The notes below the pieces were generated by a model that saw only the letters and a list, made by a program, of their open reading frames with translations, was not told the DNA's origin and did not search any database. From an uncultured virus (IMG/VR IMGVR_UViG_2061766007_000148) (Duplodnaviria; Heunggongvirae; Uroviricota; Caudoviricetes), in IMG/VR virus record IMGVR_UViG_2061766007_000148: DNA of 64,000 bases, one strand, 5' to 3'. Numbering within the stretch: the stretch's first letter is position 1; the number at the start of each line of letters is the position of its first letter. Positions 20,201 to 30,694 of the stretch are shown in pieces. The position numbers and the translations under genes are program-made.

Positions 20201-21185
20201 TACTGGTGGTGTCGGGTTGAATATCATAAACAGATCCTCTGCTTCTGTCGAGGAATGCCTGATTATTCTTGTTGTATTGTGAGACATAGATGGCGTCCGC
20301 GGATTTGTTGAAATCTTCTTTGCCGACGGTTGATCCAATCTCTCCGAGATAATCAAATGCAAACTTTTTTGCTTCTTTCGGTGCGGTCGATGAAAGCGCG
20401 ATATTCATAAGTTTTGTCTGGTCACCTTCGGTGACGTAACCTCGGTGTGAATCATCAATTTTAATATCATCTATCAAATGCTGTCTGGTTTCGGCATCCG
20501 TGTTGGGATTTTCAATGAGATTTAAGTGTGCCGCACGTGCCTCTTCAGACATGGGGGTGTATATAGGGGTATTGCTTGTAGACCCCCGTGATATCGCTTC
20601 TGCTTGTATTGCTCCTGCAATTCTTTTATTTTCATCTATTTCTGTATCTAACATCTTGGTTACAGATCCAGTAAGTTTTTGGAGACCTTCATATGCCACA
20701 TTTGGACTGGTATCTACCCCTCCAGATCTATCAATTGAGATATATTGAGTTAGTTCATTCGGTGTGGTTACAGGGTCTGATTCCCCTTGTAAATTTCCTT
20801 TTAAATAATCATATACTGATATCTCTTTTGTTTCAGGTTTGTAATATTTCCCTTCTGAAGGTACAAAGTAACCATGTGTTTCAAATTTTAAAATTCTTTT
20901 TTCTGCATTTTCTTTTCTCACTTTAGCTCTTTCGTTGGCTTGCTGTTCCACCTCACGAAGTCTTCTATATTCTTTTTCCACTTCGGCACGCTGTACATTT
21001 GCCGCCAAACTCTGACGTTTGCGTGCCTCTTTTTCCGCGTTTGCTCTGCGCCTTCTGTCGGCATTTGATTGACTGATAATTGTCGGTGTCGTTGAACCCG
21101 CACTCTGCGGTGAAAGGGTTTTCGGACTCATTGTGTTCGTATTCGTTACCGCTGAACCTGTATTAGGTGTTATATCCTGTACCAT
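14226..21185 (-). CDS. giant putative virion-associated protein (about 2300 codons, broken by 5 N gaps) with an NTase-like domain and a Pro/Ser/Thr/Lys-rich tail
   Basis: open frames (track ORFs 19284-21185, 17999-19612, 15049-18096, 14432-15169) change only at N gaps; GGGGGGA RBS at the start; TAA at 14226; may be two genes. Confidence 0.6.
14700..14990 (-). repeat. coding repeats PSVPS/PSIPS/PPTKK
   Basis: imperfect short tandem repeats in the giant ORF tail. Confidence 0.75.
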
Positions 21186-21220
21186 TTTGTTTTCCCCCCA
21201 AAATGAATTTCAATATTTTA

Positions 21221-21748
21221 TTACGCAGTAATTGCGTACATGTTGTCTAACCTCAATGCCGCCAGTTTATAGCAGAAATCATATTTTTCAATACGGTTTT
21301 GATACAAACTGTCAATGTATTTTTTTACATCATCATCCTTTATCGTATTTGGACGTTGCGGAGAGTGATGAAGGTAATCTATAACCGACAAGAACTTTGC
21401 CCACTCCGTTTCATCGACCCCTACCGATTTGGGATTTACCAATACACTGTTACATGCCTCAAATGCGACCTGATTTTCCGCGTCCGAAAGTTTGTACCAT
21501 GAATAATCATGATACCCGGCATCGAGTGAGGATTTCAGGTCATAATAAACATCCCGTAAATCTCTCGAATACGGCATATTGTTGTTCCATTTGAATTCAT
21601 AGTTCAACCCTACACCGCAACACTGAAGCAAATAGATTATATTTTGCACGTATTGCCAATGCGGAGTGTATATCCCATCATCTGTCTTCTTAGGAGTTAA
21701 TCTCAATTTGTTCAGAATGAGATATAACTGGATTTCCTGATTTCTCAT
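21221..21748 (-). CDS. Panacea/SocA(YwgA)-like wHTH antitoxin-fold protein; paralogue of 56062
   Basis: QNIIYLLQCCG.....F.W....PYSRDL and FLSVIDYL motifs. Confidence 0.6.
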   Translation of the reverse strand: MRNQEIQLYLILNKLRLTPKKTDDGIYTPHWQYVQNIIYLLQCCGVGLNYEFKWNNNMPYSRDLRDVYYDLKSSLDAGYHDYSWYKLSDAENQVAFEACNSVLVNPKSVGVDETEWAKFLSVIDYLHHSPQRPNTIKDDDVKKYIDSLYQNRIEKYDFCYKLAALRLDNMYAITA

Positions 21749-21777
21749 TTGTCATCTCCTTTGTGTCTTTTCTTTCT

Positions 21778-21945
21778 TTACCAGAATTTTGTTATTAAAT
21801 CCGCCCGGCTGTACGTGCCGAGTCTGACTGTTTTGTCTTTGATCATGGTATATGCTCTGATCAGTTCTTCGGTTTCCATAAGACGTATATCGTCTTTAGA
21901 TAGTTTATTGCCTTTACAGTCCGTGAATATAAAATCTGTTTTCAT
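21778..21945 (-). CDS. small hypothetical protein
   Basis: AAGGGGGGA RBS before MKTDFIF. Confidence 0.55.
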   Translation of the reverse strand: MKTDFIFTDCKGNKLSKDDIRLMETEELIRAYTMIKDKTVRLGTYSRADLITKFW

Positions 21946-21959
21946 TTTTCCCCCTTTAA

Positions 21960-22451
21960 TTACCTGTCTAACATGTATTTTGCGACCAGTGCGGCAATAC
22001 CTATGCCGAACATGACCGTCCAGACCATCACAGCCTCCTGTGGGATTAATACCCCCCAGATTGTGGAAGTTAGCAGTCCTAAGACTATGGGCATTGTGAT
22101 ATTGCCGGTTCTCTCGTATGAACGATATATAATTGCCGACCACATGATGACGAAGAACCACGCACCGAAAATTGTGGTAAACGGTGCGATGAGACTGTAT
22201 GCAAATCCGAATCCGTCAAATTCATGTGTGTCCGGGTGGAACCAGTACTGAGTGTAGGTGCCGTAATTGAAGTCCGGGATTGTGATGTTTTCAAGATTTA
22301 TCGCCGAAACACAGATTATTTGTAAGACTGCCATTATAATTACGGCAGTCAAAAGTAATCTGAGCTGAAGATGCGGGTTTGCATCGTCAAATCTCAGATG
22401 ACTCATGTATTTTTTGCAAATTTCGGTGAATGTGTCTTTTAGATTTTCCAT
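21960..22451 (-). CDS. multi-TM membrane protein
   Basis: four hydrophobic segments; AAGGGGGA RBS. Confidence 0.75.
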   Translation of the reverse strand: MENLKDTFTEICKKYMSHLRFDDANPHLQLRLLLTAVIIMAVLQIICVSAINLENITIPDFNYGTYTQYWFHPDTHEFDGFGFAYSLIAPFTTIFGAWFFVIMWSAIIYRSYERTGNITMPIVLGLLTSTIWGVLIPQEAVMVWTVMFGIGIAALVAKYMLDR

Positions 22452-22479
22452 TTTTCCCCCTTGGATATATTATCGATAA

Positions 22480-22902
22480 TCAGTCCTCAAAGATTACGCC
22501 ACGCACGATTTGCAGAACCGCCGCACCGTAGGCAAACCATACGGGCGCGGTGAGCAGTGCGGATAACCCGGTCGGAATTCCGAGCGACATAAGGAACCAC
22601 GGCAAATATGCCGTGCTGTTATACAGAGCTCTGCCGAACATCACCAATACATCCAGAATTGATGCCTCATCAAGCCCCACCATCTGGAAATCCGAATAAT
22701 TGACCGTTAAAGGCAATCCGTCATCGGTTGCGAGGTAGTAATTGTTTGTCGTGCTGTCATAGGTATAAGTCCAATTCCCGCTGAAATTAGATGAGAATTG
22801 CAGGTCGGGGTATCCCGACCCGAACAATGCCATCTCATTCATGAGCGCTACGGAAAGACTGAGAATAAACAGAAACATTGCAATTTTGTAACCCATTATC
22901 AT
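22480..22902 (-). CDS. membrane protein with signal/TM segment and N-glycosylation sequons
   Basis: N-terminal hydrophobic segment, NFS/NWT/NYS/NST sequons, C-terminal TMs. Confidence 0.75.
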   Translation of the reverse strand: MIMGYKIAMFLFILSLSVALMNEMALFGSGYPDLQFSSNFSGNWTYTYDSTTNNYYLATDDGLPLTVNYSDFQMVGLDEASILDVLVMFGRALYNSTAYLPWFLMSLGIPTGLSALLTAPVWFAYGAAVLQIVRGVIFED

Positions 22903-22903
22903 G

Positions 22904-25900
22904 TTATCCCCTCCTCTGTGTAAATCCGGCAACGATGGCTATAACTATCGCTATTATGAGCCAATGCCACGGTATTGTGAGCCATCCGAGATAGACAAAC
23001 AGTGTTGCCGAAAATGCCACAACCAAAGCCCCTCTAATTGCCGACATATAGCTGAACAGCCCCGCAAGTACAATCAGGAAACATGAGAATAATACATTCT
23101 TAATGTTCTGGTCAAGCGGAATCGGAATAATGTCTCTCGACGAAGACAGCACAAAAGAATTCCTTGATGTGCCGCTGACTCTGTTTGCGGAGAACTGCAC
23201 CTTATAAGATGTCGTGTCATCCACAATCGGGAGTTGTTCATCGATATTTTGCGTATCCGTGAAAGTCTGTTCGTACACGGTTTCCCATGTGTCCGTTCTT
23301 TGGACTTTGACGGTAACGGAGTTTGTCTGCCCCGAATTATCGTTGTATTTTAAATCAATTCCGTTGATTTCTTCATTCCATACCGCTTTGTAGGATATTG
23401 CCTCTGAAATAGGGCTTGTATGGATATTGACAGTTTGTGACTGAACACTTGGTGATGCCATAACGACCACAACTTTCTGACCGTTGCCGACATCAAACTT
23501 ATATGTCTGTCCCGCCGTCAGCTGCACGACATATTTCCCCGCGGAATCCGTCAAACCCTGTGCAAAAGAGTTCCACTGATTGCCAGAATACACCGAGACG
23601 TTAACCGCGGCATTCCTGTATGAATCGGAATCCTTGTATGCATACAGCGTAAACCAAAAATCAGTCTGAACAACCTCCGGGGTATTCGTCTGATACAACG
23701 TCAGTGAATTAGTGCGTCCGGCAAGAATATACTCGCCGCGTGCGGACATCCTAAGCGATGTGATGGGATTTTCCGAATCCGAACTGTATTCAAGATACCA
23801 ATTAGAACTTGCGTCTTTGCTGAAAATATAGACTTTGCCGTCCTCTCCGCCGCTTGCCGCCCAAAGTGCGTTTTTATCGGCTATGTCGACATGAATCACG
23901 GCACCGCCCGCCNNNNNNNNNNNACTCATGGAGTAGATATCGGTAATTTGTCCCTGTCCGAGTATTGACATTGCCGCGCTGTTAGCTGTCGCTATATCGT
24001 AGACTGTACCAGTACTATCTAATGCCGCAGAGTATTCCGTACCAAATCCGGCATTTGTAATCTGATCATGATACAAATTTGTTGTTGTTGCCGAACCTAA
24101 CCAATCTCCTCTGTCAGATAACGAAATCGCTTGTATATTGCCGGTCAGTGTTTTAGTACTCTGAAGACTGTATATACTCAATAATGGTTTTGTTTGCAGA
24201 CTATATGTGCCGCTGAAATCAACGGCATTATTGTATGTAGTTTGTGTGTGCTGTGGATTTGTGCCTGTGAAATTGTAGAAGACATACGTTGTACCACTGC
24301 TTGCAGGTTGTATTTTTAAATATGTATTCGTTGAACACCAGACATCAGTATAATATGTTGCTCCCGCACGACCCCCTGCGATCCACATTGTGCCATCATA
24401 TACCCATGAACTCGCGCCATATCGTGCATCCCATCCAGCCGCACTTGTTGCCCTTGTCCATGTAATTCCGTCCGAAGATGACCAGACATCATTATAATAT
24501 GTTGATCCCGCTTGACCGCTTGCAATCCACATTTTGCCGTTGAATACCCCCGAACTCGCTGTTCTTCTCACAGACCACCCAGCCGCACTTGTTACCTGTG
24601 TCCATGTAATTCCGTCCGAAGATGACCAGACATCATTATAATTTGTTGATGCTGAGTTTGTACCCCCACCCGCAATCCACATTTTGCCGTTGAATACCCA
24701 CGAACTCGCTCCTCTTCTCGCAGACCATCCCGCCGCATTTGTTGCCTGAGTCCATGTAATCCCGTCCGAAGAACTCCAGACATCATGACTAACAGATCCT
24801 CCATTACTGCCGCCTGCAATCCACATTTTGCCGTTGAACACCCATGAACTGGCTTCAAGTCGTGCATCCCATCCAGCCGCACTTGTTACCTGTGTCCATG
24901 TAATCCCGTCCGAAGATGACCAGACATCATTATAATTACTACCTCCCGTACGACCGCCTGCAATCCACATTTTGCCGTTGAACACCCATGAACTCGCACC
25001 AAATCGTGCACCCCATCCAGCCGCACTTGTTACCTGTGTCCATGTAATTCCGTCCGAAGAAGACCAGACATCATTATATACTGTGTTTCCCGTAAGACCG
25101 CCTGCAAGCCACATCTTGCCGTCAAAAACCCATGTCGATGCCCCCGTCCGACCGCTCCAACCCACAGATGCATTTATTTTAGACCACTCAATACCTATTG
25201 GATCGTAATAGTTATACGCCCCCGTTGTTGTCAGAGATGGATCCGAAACAGCAATCCCCGTTGTGATTTGTTCCCAAATATCCTCATCAAAATTATCTTT
25301 TGATATAATTATTGCATTTGTTTGTGACGGATCTGTGTATAATATCAGTAAATTTTGATAATTTACAAATGCTNNNNNNNNNNNNNNNNNNNATTTTTCC
25401 CCAATACTGATTTGTTGTTGACAGAATGTATTTTTGAAGATTTGAATTGCCGCTTTGCACAATTGCAAATTCATCATTAGGATCGATTACACCAAGACTG
25501 AATGTGCCGCTTGCTGAATCATACTCAACTGTTCCGTCTGAGAGATATTTGTGAAAAATTGTGCCCTCTACAATCAGCACGTTGCCGACATTTGAGATAT
25601 CAATATCAGTTATTGCCGAAAAGGATTGAGTCCATGTGATTGCGCCGTTATTGATGTAATAAACGGTATTGGAATCTGTATATAATGCCGCTTTACTTCC
25701 GTCATCCGTGCAGACTATCTGCTTGATATTGCCGGAGATACTGAATGTATTCTGTTGAACTCCCGCACTGTCATATACAAAAATTTGAGAGCCGACTGCG
25801 GCATAGATTACAGACCCGTCCTCGCTCATATCCGCCGCGGTTACGTCGCCGATGTCCTTTGTCCACGCTACCGATGTGTCCGCCGCGGCTGTGCCGATGA

Positions 25901-25967
25901 CGGCTGAAAGGATAATCAAAGATAATGCAAATATTGCAAAGATGTGTTTTATGTCGGATTTATTCAT
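22904..25967 (-). CDS. membrane-anchored beta-propeller adhesin/spike with a Kelch-like repeat insert (copy A)
   Basis: signal peptide (AAA-D), WD40/PQQ-like blades, Kelch-like repeats, Ig-like region and 3 C-terminal TMs; frame change coincides with N gap 25374-25392; homologous to 62410. Confidence 0.75.
24330..25190 (-). repeat. six tandem ~147-bp Kelch-like coding repeats
   Basis: WTQVTSAAGWxxRxxASSWVFNGKMWIAGGxxxxxYNDVWSSSDGIT units. Confidence 0.9.
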
Positions 25968-25968
25968 A

Positions 25969-26247
25969 TTATTGCCCCCTTGTGAGTTCTTTTATAAGAT
26001 TTTGATATTCCGCATACTCTGCCGCGATTTGTTCTTCATTTTCGTCAGGTAAAATAGACCAAACATATCCGCCAATAATCCCAATCGGCAAAATACTTGC
26101 AAAAGCACCACCCAATATTATCTTGAATAATGCCTCTGACTGAATTACTTGGAAATTATACATTAATGCCGCAAGAAAAATACACACGTATGCCGCATCG
26201 AAAATAGGGAATAGTTTATCAAATAATTGTTTTGTGAGTTTTATCAT
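25969..26247 (-). CDS. small 2-TM protein (variable array)
   Basis: KLTKQ start, 2 TMs, LPDE motif. Confidence 0.65.
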   Translation of the reverse strand: MIKLTKQLFDKLFPIFDAAYVCIFLAALMYNFQVIQSEALFKIILGGAFASILPIGIIGGYVWSILPDENEEQIAAEYAEYQNLIKELTRGQ

Positions 26248-26248
26248 G

Positions 26249-26431
26249 TTATCCCCGTACCCTCGGATTATTAAGATCTGCGCCATATCTGCCGGACTGC
26301 ACGCGGACAGAGCGTCGCCGACAGGGCATAATTATGCCGGGTATTTCATCCGTGAATATCATCCTTCGGAAATGCTCTTCATCATTAATGATGAATCTAT
26401 TCGTGTGCCTCGACTTTTGAAAGATTTTCAT
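26249..26431 (-). CDS. small protein, possibly a frameshifted homologue of 62235-62405
   Basis: MKIFQKSRHTNRFIINDEEH aligns with MKILSPKRYENMFYIDDEGH, but there is no in-frame TM. Confidence 0.35.
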   Translation of the reverse strand: MKIFQKSRHTNRFIINDEEHFRRMIFTDEIPGIIMPCRRRSVRVQSGRYGADLNNPRVRG

Positions 26432-26666
26432 TTATTCTGTCACCACTCAATAAATGAGACACAATAATTGTCAAAATACCCATCGTGAGGATTATAAACA
26501 TAGTACAAAACATAATTGTAGTAATCTCACTACTGCTTGGATCAATACAGATATTTATCACTAAACCTAATGATGACCCAAGCATCGCCGATAGGTAAAT
26601 CAGCATTGCAGTTTTCAGTTGCTCTTTAGTCTGTCCGTAATCAATCCATTTTTTAAGAATGCTCAT
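26397..26666 (-). CDS. small 2-TM protein; counterpart of 61221
   Basis: WIDYGQTKEQLKTAM vs WKEFGKTKEDMKTAL; GGAGGT RBS. Confidence 0.7.
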   Translation of the reverse strand: MSILKKWIDYGQTKEQLKTAMLIYLSAMLGSSLGLVINICIDPSSSEITTIMFCTMFIILTMGILTIIVSHLLSGDRINENLSKVEAHE

Positions 26667-26726
26667 AATAACCTCCTAAATATATTCCTACGCTGTTTCT
26701 AACTGTCCGAATCCGTGTAAAACCTA

Positions 26727-27005
26727 TTACAGATACACTTTGTCATTGCTTTTATCCTCGTCTCCCAGATAAAAGATATACCCTATAATATCAAAGATCA
26801 ATGCTATCGTAAGGAGTGCCCACATCGACAAATAAGCGATTATTATAAGCAACATCACCTCAATTTCATAAGGTGAGCAGAAGATATACGCAAGAAACAA
26901 ATATACCAAACCGAATACTGAAAATATCCCCAGATATTTTCCGTAGTTTCTAATACCTTCTTTTAATGTGCTTAAGTCTCTTTTTTTAAAATATATTTTG
27001 GTCAT
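26727..27005 (-). CDS. small 2-TM protein (variable array)
   Basis: 2 TMs; YLGDE tail. Confidence 0.7.
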   Translation of the reverse strand: MTKIYFKKRDLSTLKEGIRNYGKYLGIFSVFGLVYLFLAYIFCSPYEIEVMLLIIIAYLSMWALLTIALIFDIIGYIFYLGDEDKSNDKVYL

Positions 27006-27278
27006 TTATATCCCCTCTGAAGTTTTTATATCGTGTTTTGCAACCTCGATACCTGTAATATCTCTCTCATCCGGCAGACTCCCTCTGAGAACAATCACCC
27101 AGATAAACATAAACTCGTATGCAAGAAACATGCATGTAAGATTCAGGATATTATCATTTGTAGGAGCCTGTCTGAGTACTTCCAAAACAAGCACCATTAG
27201 TGTTGCCGTGACTGCGGGTTGTAAGTACATCATTAAGAAATCTAATCTTTGTTTGGTCATTTTCTTTATATTTATCAT
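27006..27278 (-). CDS. small 2-TM protein (variable array)
   Basis: KMTKQ start, 2 TMs, LPDER motif; ATGA overlap. Confidence 0.7.
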   Translation of the reverse strand: MINIKKMTKQRLDFLMMYLQPAVTATLMVLVLEVLRQAPTNDNILNLTCMFLAYEFMFIWVIVLRGSLPDERDITGIEVAKHDIKTSEGI

Positions 27279-27712
27279 TTTATTGCCTCTTTTGCAGATT
27301 GTAATAATTTTTCGTATTCTTTGCGGCATTCGACAGTTCTCTCATCGGGCAGATGAATCCAGATTATGACCTCAACGGCAATTAATGCAAGGACTGAACC
27401 CGTCCACAGGACTCCGAGGACGACAAGCGCCGACAGACTCTCTCTGAACACAATCAGAAGAATCACAAACATGATTATCATGTATATCGGAATCGTGCGA
27501 ATACAGACTATTGAGAAATACTCTCTCGTAATCGGTGATTTTGTGTACAGCCCTTTGATGAGCTCATCAAGAGGAATGTACTTTGCGGGATTCTCTTTAT
27601 GCGGTGTACTGCGGATATTGCCGTTAATTAAATCCTCACGGTAAAGGTCATCCGCGGATATTTCCGCGGATTTTGAGACCTGTATTCCCGACTCGGTATC
27701 GTAATCGGACAA
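27275..27712 (-). CDS. 2-TM protein (variable array)
   Basis: 2 TMs; LPDER motif; start uncertain. Confidence 0.65.
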   Translation of the reverse strand: MSDYDTESGIQVSKSAEISADDLYREDLINGNIRSTPHKENPAKYIPLDELIKGLYTKSPITREYFSIVCIRTIPIYMIIMFVILLIVFRESLSALVVLGVLWTGSVLALIAVEVIIWIHLPDERTVECRKEYEKLLQSAKEAIK

Positions 27713-27738
27713 TATCCGTGCCTTGAAGTCATTGAAGT

Positions 27739-27918
27739 TTATGTTATCATCCCCTGACTATACAGGCTGTAATGGACAAATCCTATGATTGCCGCCGCAT
27801 ACAGCACATAGAACACGGCATCACAAAACATCATGGTGTATGTGTAGTGTGTCAGATTGCCGTGGCGGTCTGCGAAGTAATACGGCGAATACGGGAGTCT
27901 GTCCCGCAGATTTTCCAT
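27739..27918 (-). CDS. small 1-TM protein
   Basis: TGATG coupling gives an MENLRD start; C-terminal TM. Confidence 0.55.
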   Translation of the reverse strand: MENLRDRLPYSPYYFADRHGNLTHYTYTMMFCDAVFYVLYAAAIIGFVHYSLYSQGMIT

Positions 27919-28169
27919 CAATAGCTTGACCCCCCTGAAATTGTGGCTGTATATATAAGCCATATGAAGCAGCAGAAAACGAAGGGCACCGGGAACCAAA
28001 TCCAACACAACAACAGGTTTTGTATCAGATAATCAGGCACCCCCGAATTTACCGCCATATCATAGAGCGTTATCGTAATCAAATCATACAGTGCGGTATA
28101 TACGAACATTACCGCCGCTATCGCAAAGATAACGGTAATTCCTGAGTATGCAACGTCTTTTAGTGTCAT
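27918..28169 (-). CDS. small 2-TM putative virion protein (paralogue of 60957)
   Basis: near-identical to 60957-61208. Confidence 0.8.
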   Translation of the reverse strand: MTLKDVAYSGITVIFAIAAVMFVYTALYDLITITLYDMAVNSGVPDYLIQNLLLCWIWFPVPFVFCCFIWLIYTATISGGSSY

Positions 28170-28438
28170 ATGCGGTCACCATCCTCATCATCGGCATTCC
28201 CTAAGTAAATCCATAACAGTGGTGCAAATATGCACAGGACAAACAGGAACATGATGGTTGACAAGCCCATTCCGAAGAGTTCATAGATCGCAGTGTGGTA
28301 TGTGAGCCATGCTCCCGAAAGGGATGACGGGTCTAAGGCGCCGTGAACCGAGTAGAAAACGATGGCGCCCACGTAAAGAGTAATCATCAATGCGATTACC
28401 GTTACTATTACACTGCTGACCGATCTTAATGCTCCCAT
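28166..28438 (-). CDS. small 2-TM putative virion protein (paralogue of 60688)
   Basis: hydrophobic hairpin; conserved in the second module. Confidence 0.8.
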   Translation of the reverse strand: MGALRSVSSVIVTVIALMITLYVGAIVFYSVHGALDPSSLSGAWLTYHTAIYELFGMGLSTIMFLFVLCIFAPLLWIYLGNADDEDGDRI

Positions 28439-28478
28439 TTAAACCATCCCCATTATGTATTCTCTGTGATTTGCCGTG

Positions 28479-29213
28479 TTATTTTAACAGCATTATACCC
28501 GCTCCGAGTAACAGACCCGCACCAAAACAGATGATGGGCAGATAGTTTGTCGTCGGACTCTGTGCTTTTTCGTCGTTGACCTTCTTCATTGCCTCCTGAT
28601 ATCCTGTTAAATCGGATGCCGTGAGGTTACGCGGGTAATATCTCTGAAGGTCGTATATCGGTACGTAAGAGAATGCTTTGATGCGGATTTCGGCATCCGC
28701 GGGGCATTTCTCGATTGCTGCATAGAGCGTGTCAAAGTTAGTAATCGGCGCTCTGTTTGCTTTTTTCGGCAGCCACGTGAAATCCGGTTCAAACATGAAT
28801 TCAGGTTCGTCATCCGAATTCCAAGCCTTGATGAAATCAAGTGTTGCAATATTGATCTTCGGGTCAAGGGTCAATCCCCAGTAATCGGCAAGCAGTTCTG
28901 CACTGCAATCTCCGAAGAGATGATGTTCGGTCTTTTTTGCCGTCCACGTCATTCCGAGAGCGCTGAATACGCCGCTGAAATACCTGAGACGTTTGAAAGA
29001 CACTCTGTGATTCTGGAAAATAATTCCTATGTCTTTGTCAGACCCGGAACCGAACATTGCCGTCCAGAAATATCCCTCGACCGGACCTAAACGACTGTAT
29101 CCCAAATACATGACAAATCCCATGACCATACATACAAGCAACAGGAAAATGATTACCCATGTGCTTGTACCGAGACCTAAAAAGCTCTGTTCATAAACTG
29201 TAATATATCCCAT
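28479..29213 (-). CDS. membrane protein with N- and C-terminal TMs (paralogue of 59916)
   Basis: same length (244 aa) and highly similar to 59916-60650. Confidence 0.85.
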   Translation of the reverse strand: MGYITVYEQSFLGLGTSTWVIIFLLLVCMVMGFVMYLGYSRLGPVEGYFWTAMFGSGSDKDIGIIFQNHRVSFKRLRYFSGVFSALGMTWTAKKTEHHLFGDCSAELLADYWGLTLDPKINIATLDFIKAWNSDDEPEFMFEPDFTWLPKKANRAPITNFDTLYAAIEKCPADAEIRIKAFSYVPIYDLQRYYPRNLTASDLTGYQEAMKKVNDEKAQSPTTNYLPIICFGAGLLLGAGIMLLK

Positions 29214-29284
29214 ATTTTCCCCTCTTTATGATTTATTTTGAGTTTGTGTGTTTTCGTATCATTTTGCCGACCCCGACAAAATGA

Positions 29285-29963
29285 TCAGTTACGTTTCAGG
29301 AAACTGAAAAATCCCCCTTCTTTTGATGTTTTCTTGACATCGGGTACTCTGTGCAGAGCGTCAACTAAACCCGGATTGAGTGTTCTGCCGAGGATTGTAG
29401 CGTCACGGAGTCCGTCGCCCTCGTAGGTAGTACTTCTTGCGATTAAGTTACGTGCCCAGTGATGGAGTTGGATGTAATCCGCGGGTGTCATTTCACGTGC
29501 TACACGGCTGTCGGCAAGCGCCGCGATGATTGATGCGTGCATTAAGTCCATCGCCTTTTTTTGCTGTTCGGCATTGGATGTATTCGTCATTGCTTGGTGA
29601 ATTCCGCCGTCGAACATTATCCAAAGCGCGTCCTGAATGCATTTCTTTGTCTGCGGCAAAGCGAAGGTTGTCTCTTTTTTGATGAGTGTTTCACTCAGCC
29701 CCTCGCTTCCGCCGTAGGGTGTCGGAGACATGTCATCTGACAGGTCTGACATGTCCGGCATATCATCCGGTATGTCCGCGTCATCGGGGAGTCCCCCGTC
29801 ATCGGGCATATCCGGTATGTCGGGCGCGGCATCGGCATAGTCTTCGGGCACCCCTTCGGGCATCCCTTCGGGTGCGCCNNNNNNNNNNNNNNNNNNNNNN
29901 NNNNNNNNNNNNNNNNNNNNNNNNNNNNTCTCCCGTTTCCTCATCGAGTAATAGATTTCTCAT
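29285..29963 (-). CDS. acidic PDM-repeat protein (paralogue of 59177)
   Basis: MRNLLLDEE start, N gap, PDM repeats, conserved C-terminal domain ending GFFSFLKRN. Confidence 0.8.
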
Positions 29964-30026
29964 TTTTCCCCCTTTCTTTATAGTTATTTGATTTTTGTTC
30001 GGTGTTGTCGCGAATGCGCGCACAAA

Positions 30027-30533
30027 TTATCTTCTGCGCGGCATTCCCGTTGAAATCAGTGTCCCTATGTGTATTCTGTAAACGTTGACGACACCTACAA
30101 AGAGCATCATCGCGGTTATCAGAACCAACCATGGCGGCTGTGAATAGACTACGGGCATAAGGTAAACTTGTGCGGACTCGTTGAGCTGAACGGTAACGAC
30201 TTCATATGTCCAAGACTGGACATTGAATGCCGTTAAGGTCAGAAATCCGAATATGATTGTGCTTATGCCCGCCAATATATCGGAACCGTTCTTAAGTGTC
30301 CATTTGAGTGAAGCAAGGAACAGAACAAATCCGAGTATAAAGAGTATCCACCATGCGGTTTCGGAGACGTGAATTGTATCGGCTCCGAGGTAGGTTACCG
30401 GTTGCTGACTGAATTGTACGTCCCACGATATGCTTTCGCCGCCCGATTCCCCCGCGTATGCGGGAGTTATCGTTAATACCGCCAACACGATTAGAAGAGT
30501 TGTGATTACCCGTGTTGCGAATCTGGAATACAT
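30027..30533 (-). CDS. signal peptide plus 3-TM membrane protein (paralogue of 58640)
   Basis: GGGGTGA RBS; conserved in the second module. Confidence 0.8.
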   Translation of the reverse strand: MYSRFATRVITTLLIVLAVLTITPAYAGESGGESISWDVQFSQQPVTYLGADTIHVSETAWWILFILGFVLFLASLKWTLKNGSDILAGISTIIFGFLTLTAFNVQSWTYEVVTVQLNESAQVYLMPVVYSQPPWLVLITAMMLFVGVVNVYRIHIGTLISTGMPRRR

Positions 30534-30537
30534 TTTC

Positions 30538-30681
30538 TCACCCCGCGCGGTTTATGAAATCAACCTTTACAAAACCCGCCTTGGACGTGGTTTTGAGTGA
30601 GTTTTGTAATTCCGAATACGGCTTTGAGTTTGCCGGTAAAAGAAGACTGGATTTTCCTGAAAGAATTAAGTTGGAGGTCAT
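30538..30681 (-). CDS. 47-aa truncated capsid-protein paralogue lacking the TM segment
   Basis: AAGGAGG RBS; MTSNLILSGKSSLLLPANSKPYSELQNSLKTTSKAGF... matches the PYxxLQNSxETT motif; not in the ORF track. Confidence 0.55.
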   Translation of the reverse strand: MTSNLILSGKSSLLLPANSKPYSELQNSLKTTSKAGFVKVDFINRAG

Positions 30682-30694
30682 AAGTCCTCCTTAC

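Noticed and set aside
25293..25477. Programmed frameshift or pseudogene in adhesin A
   Set aside because: The frame change coincides with an N gap, and paralogue 62410 reads straight through the same region.
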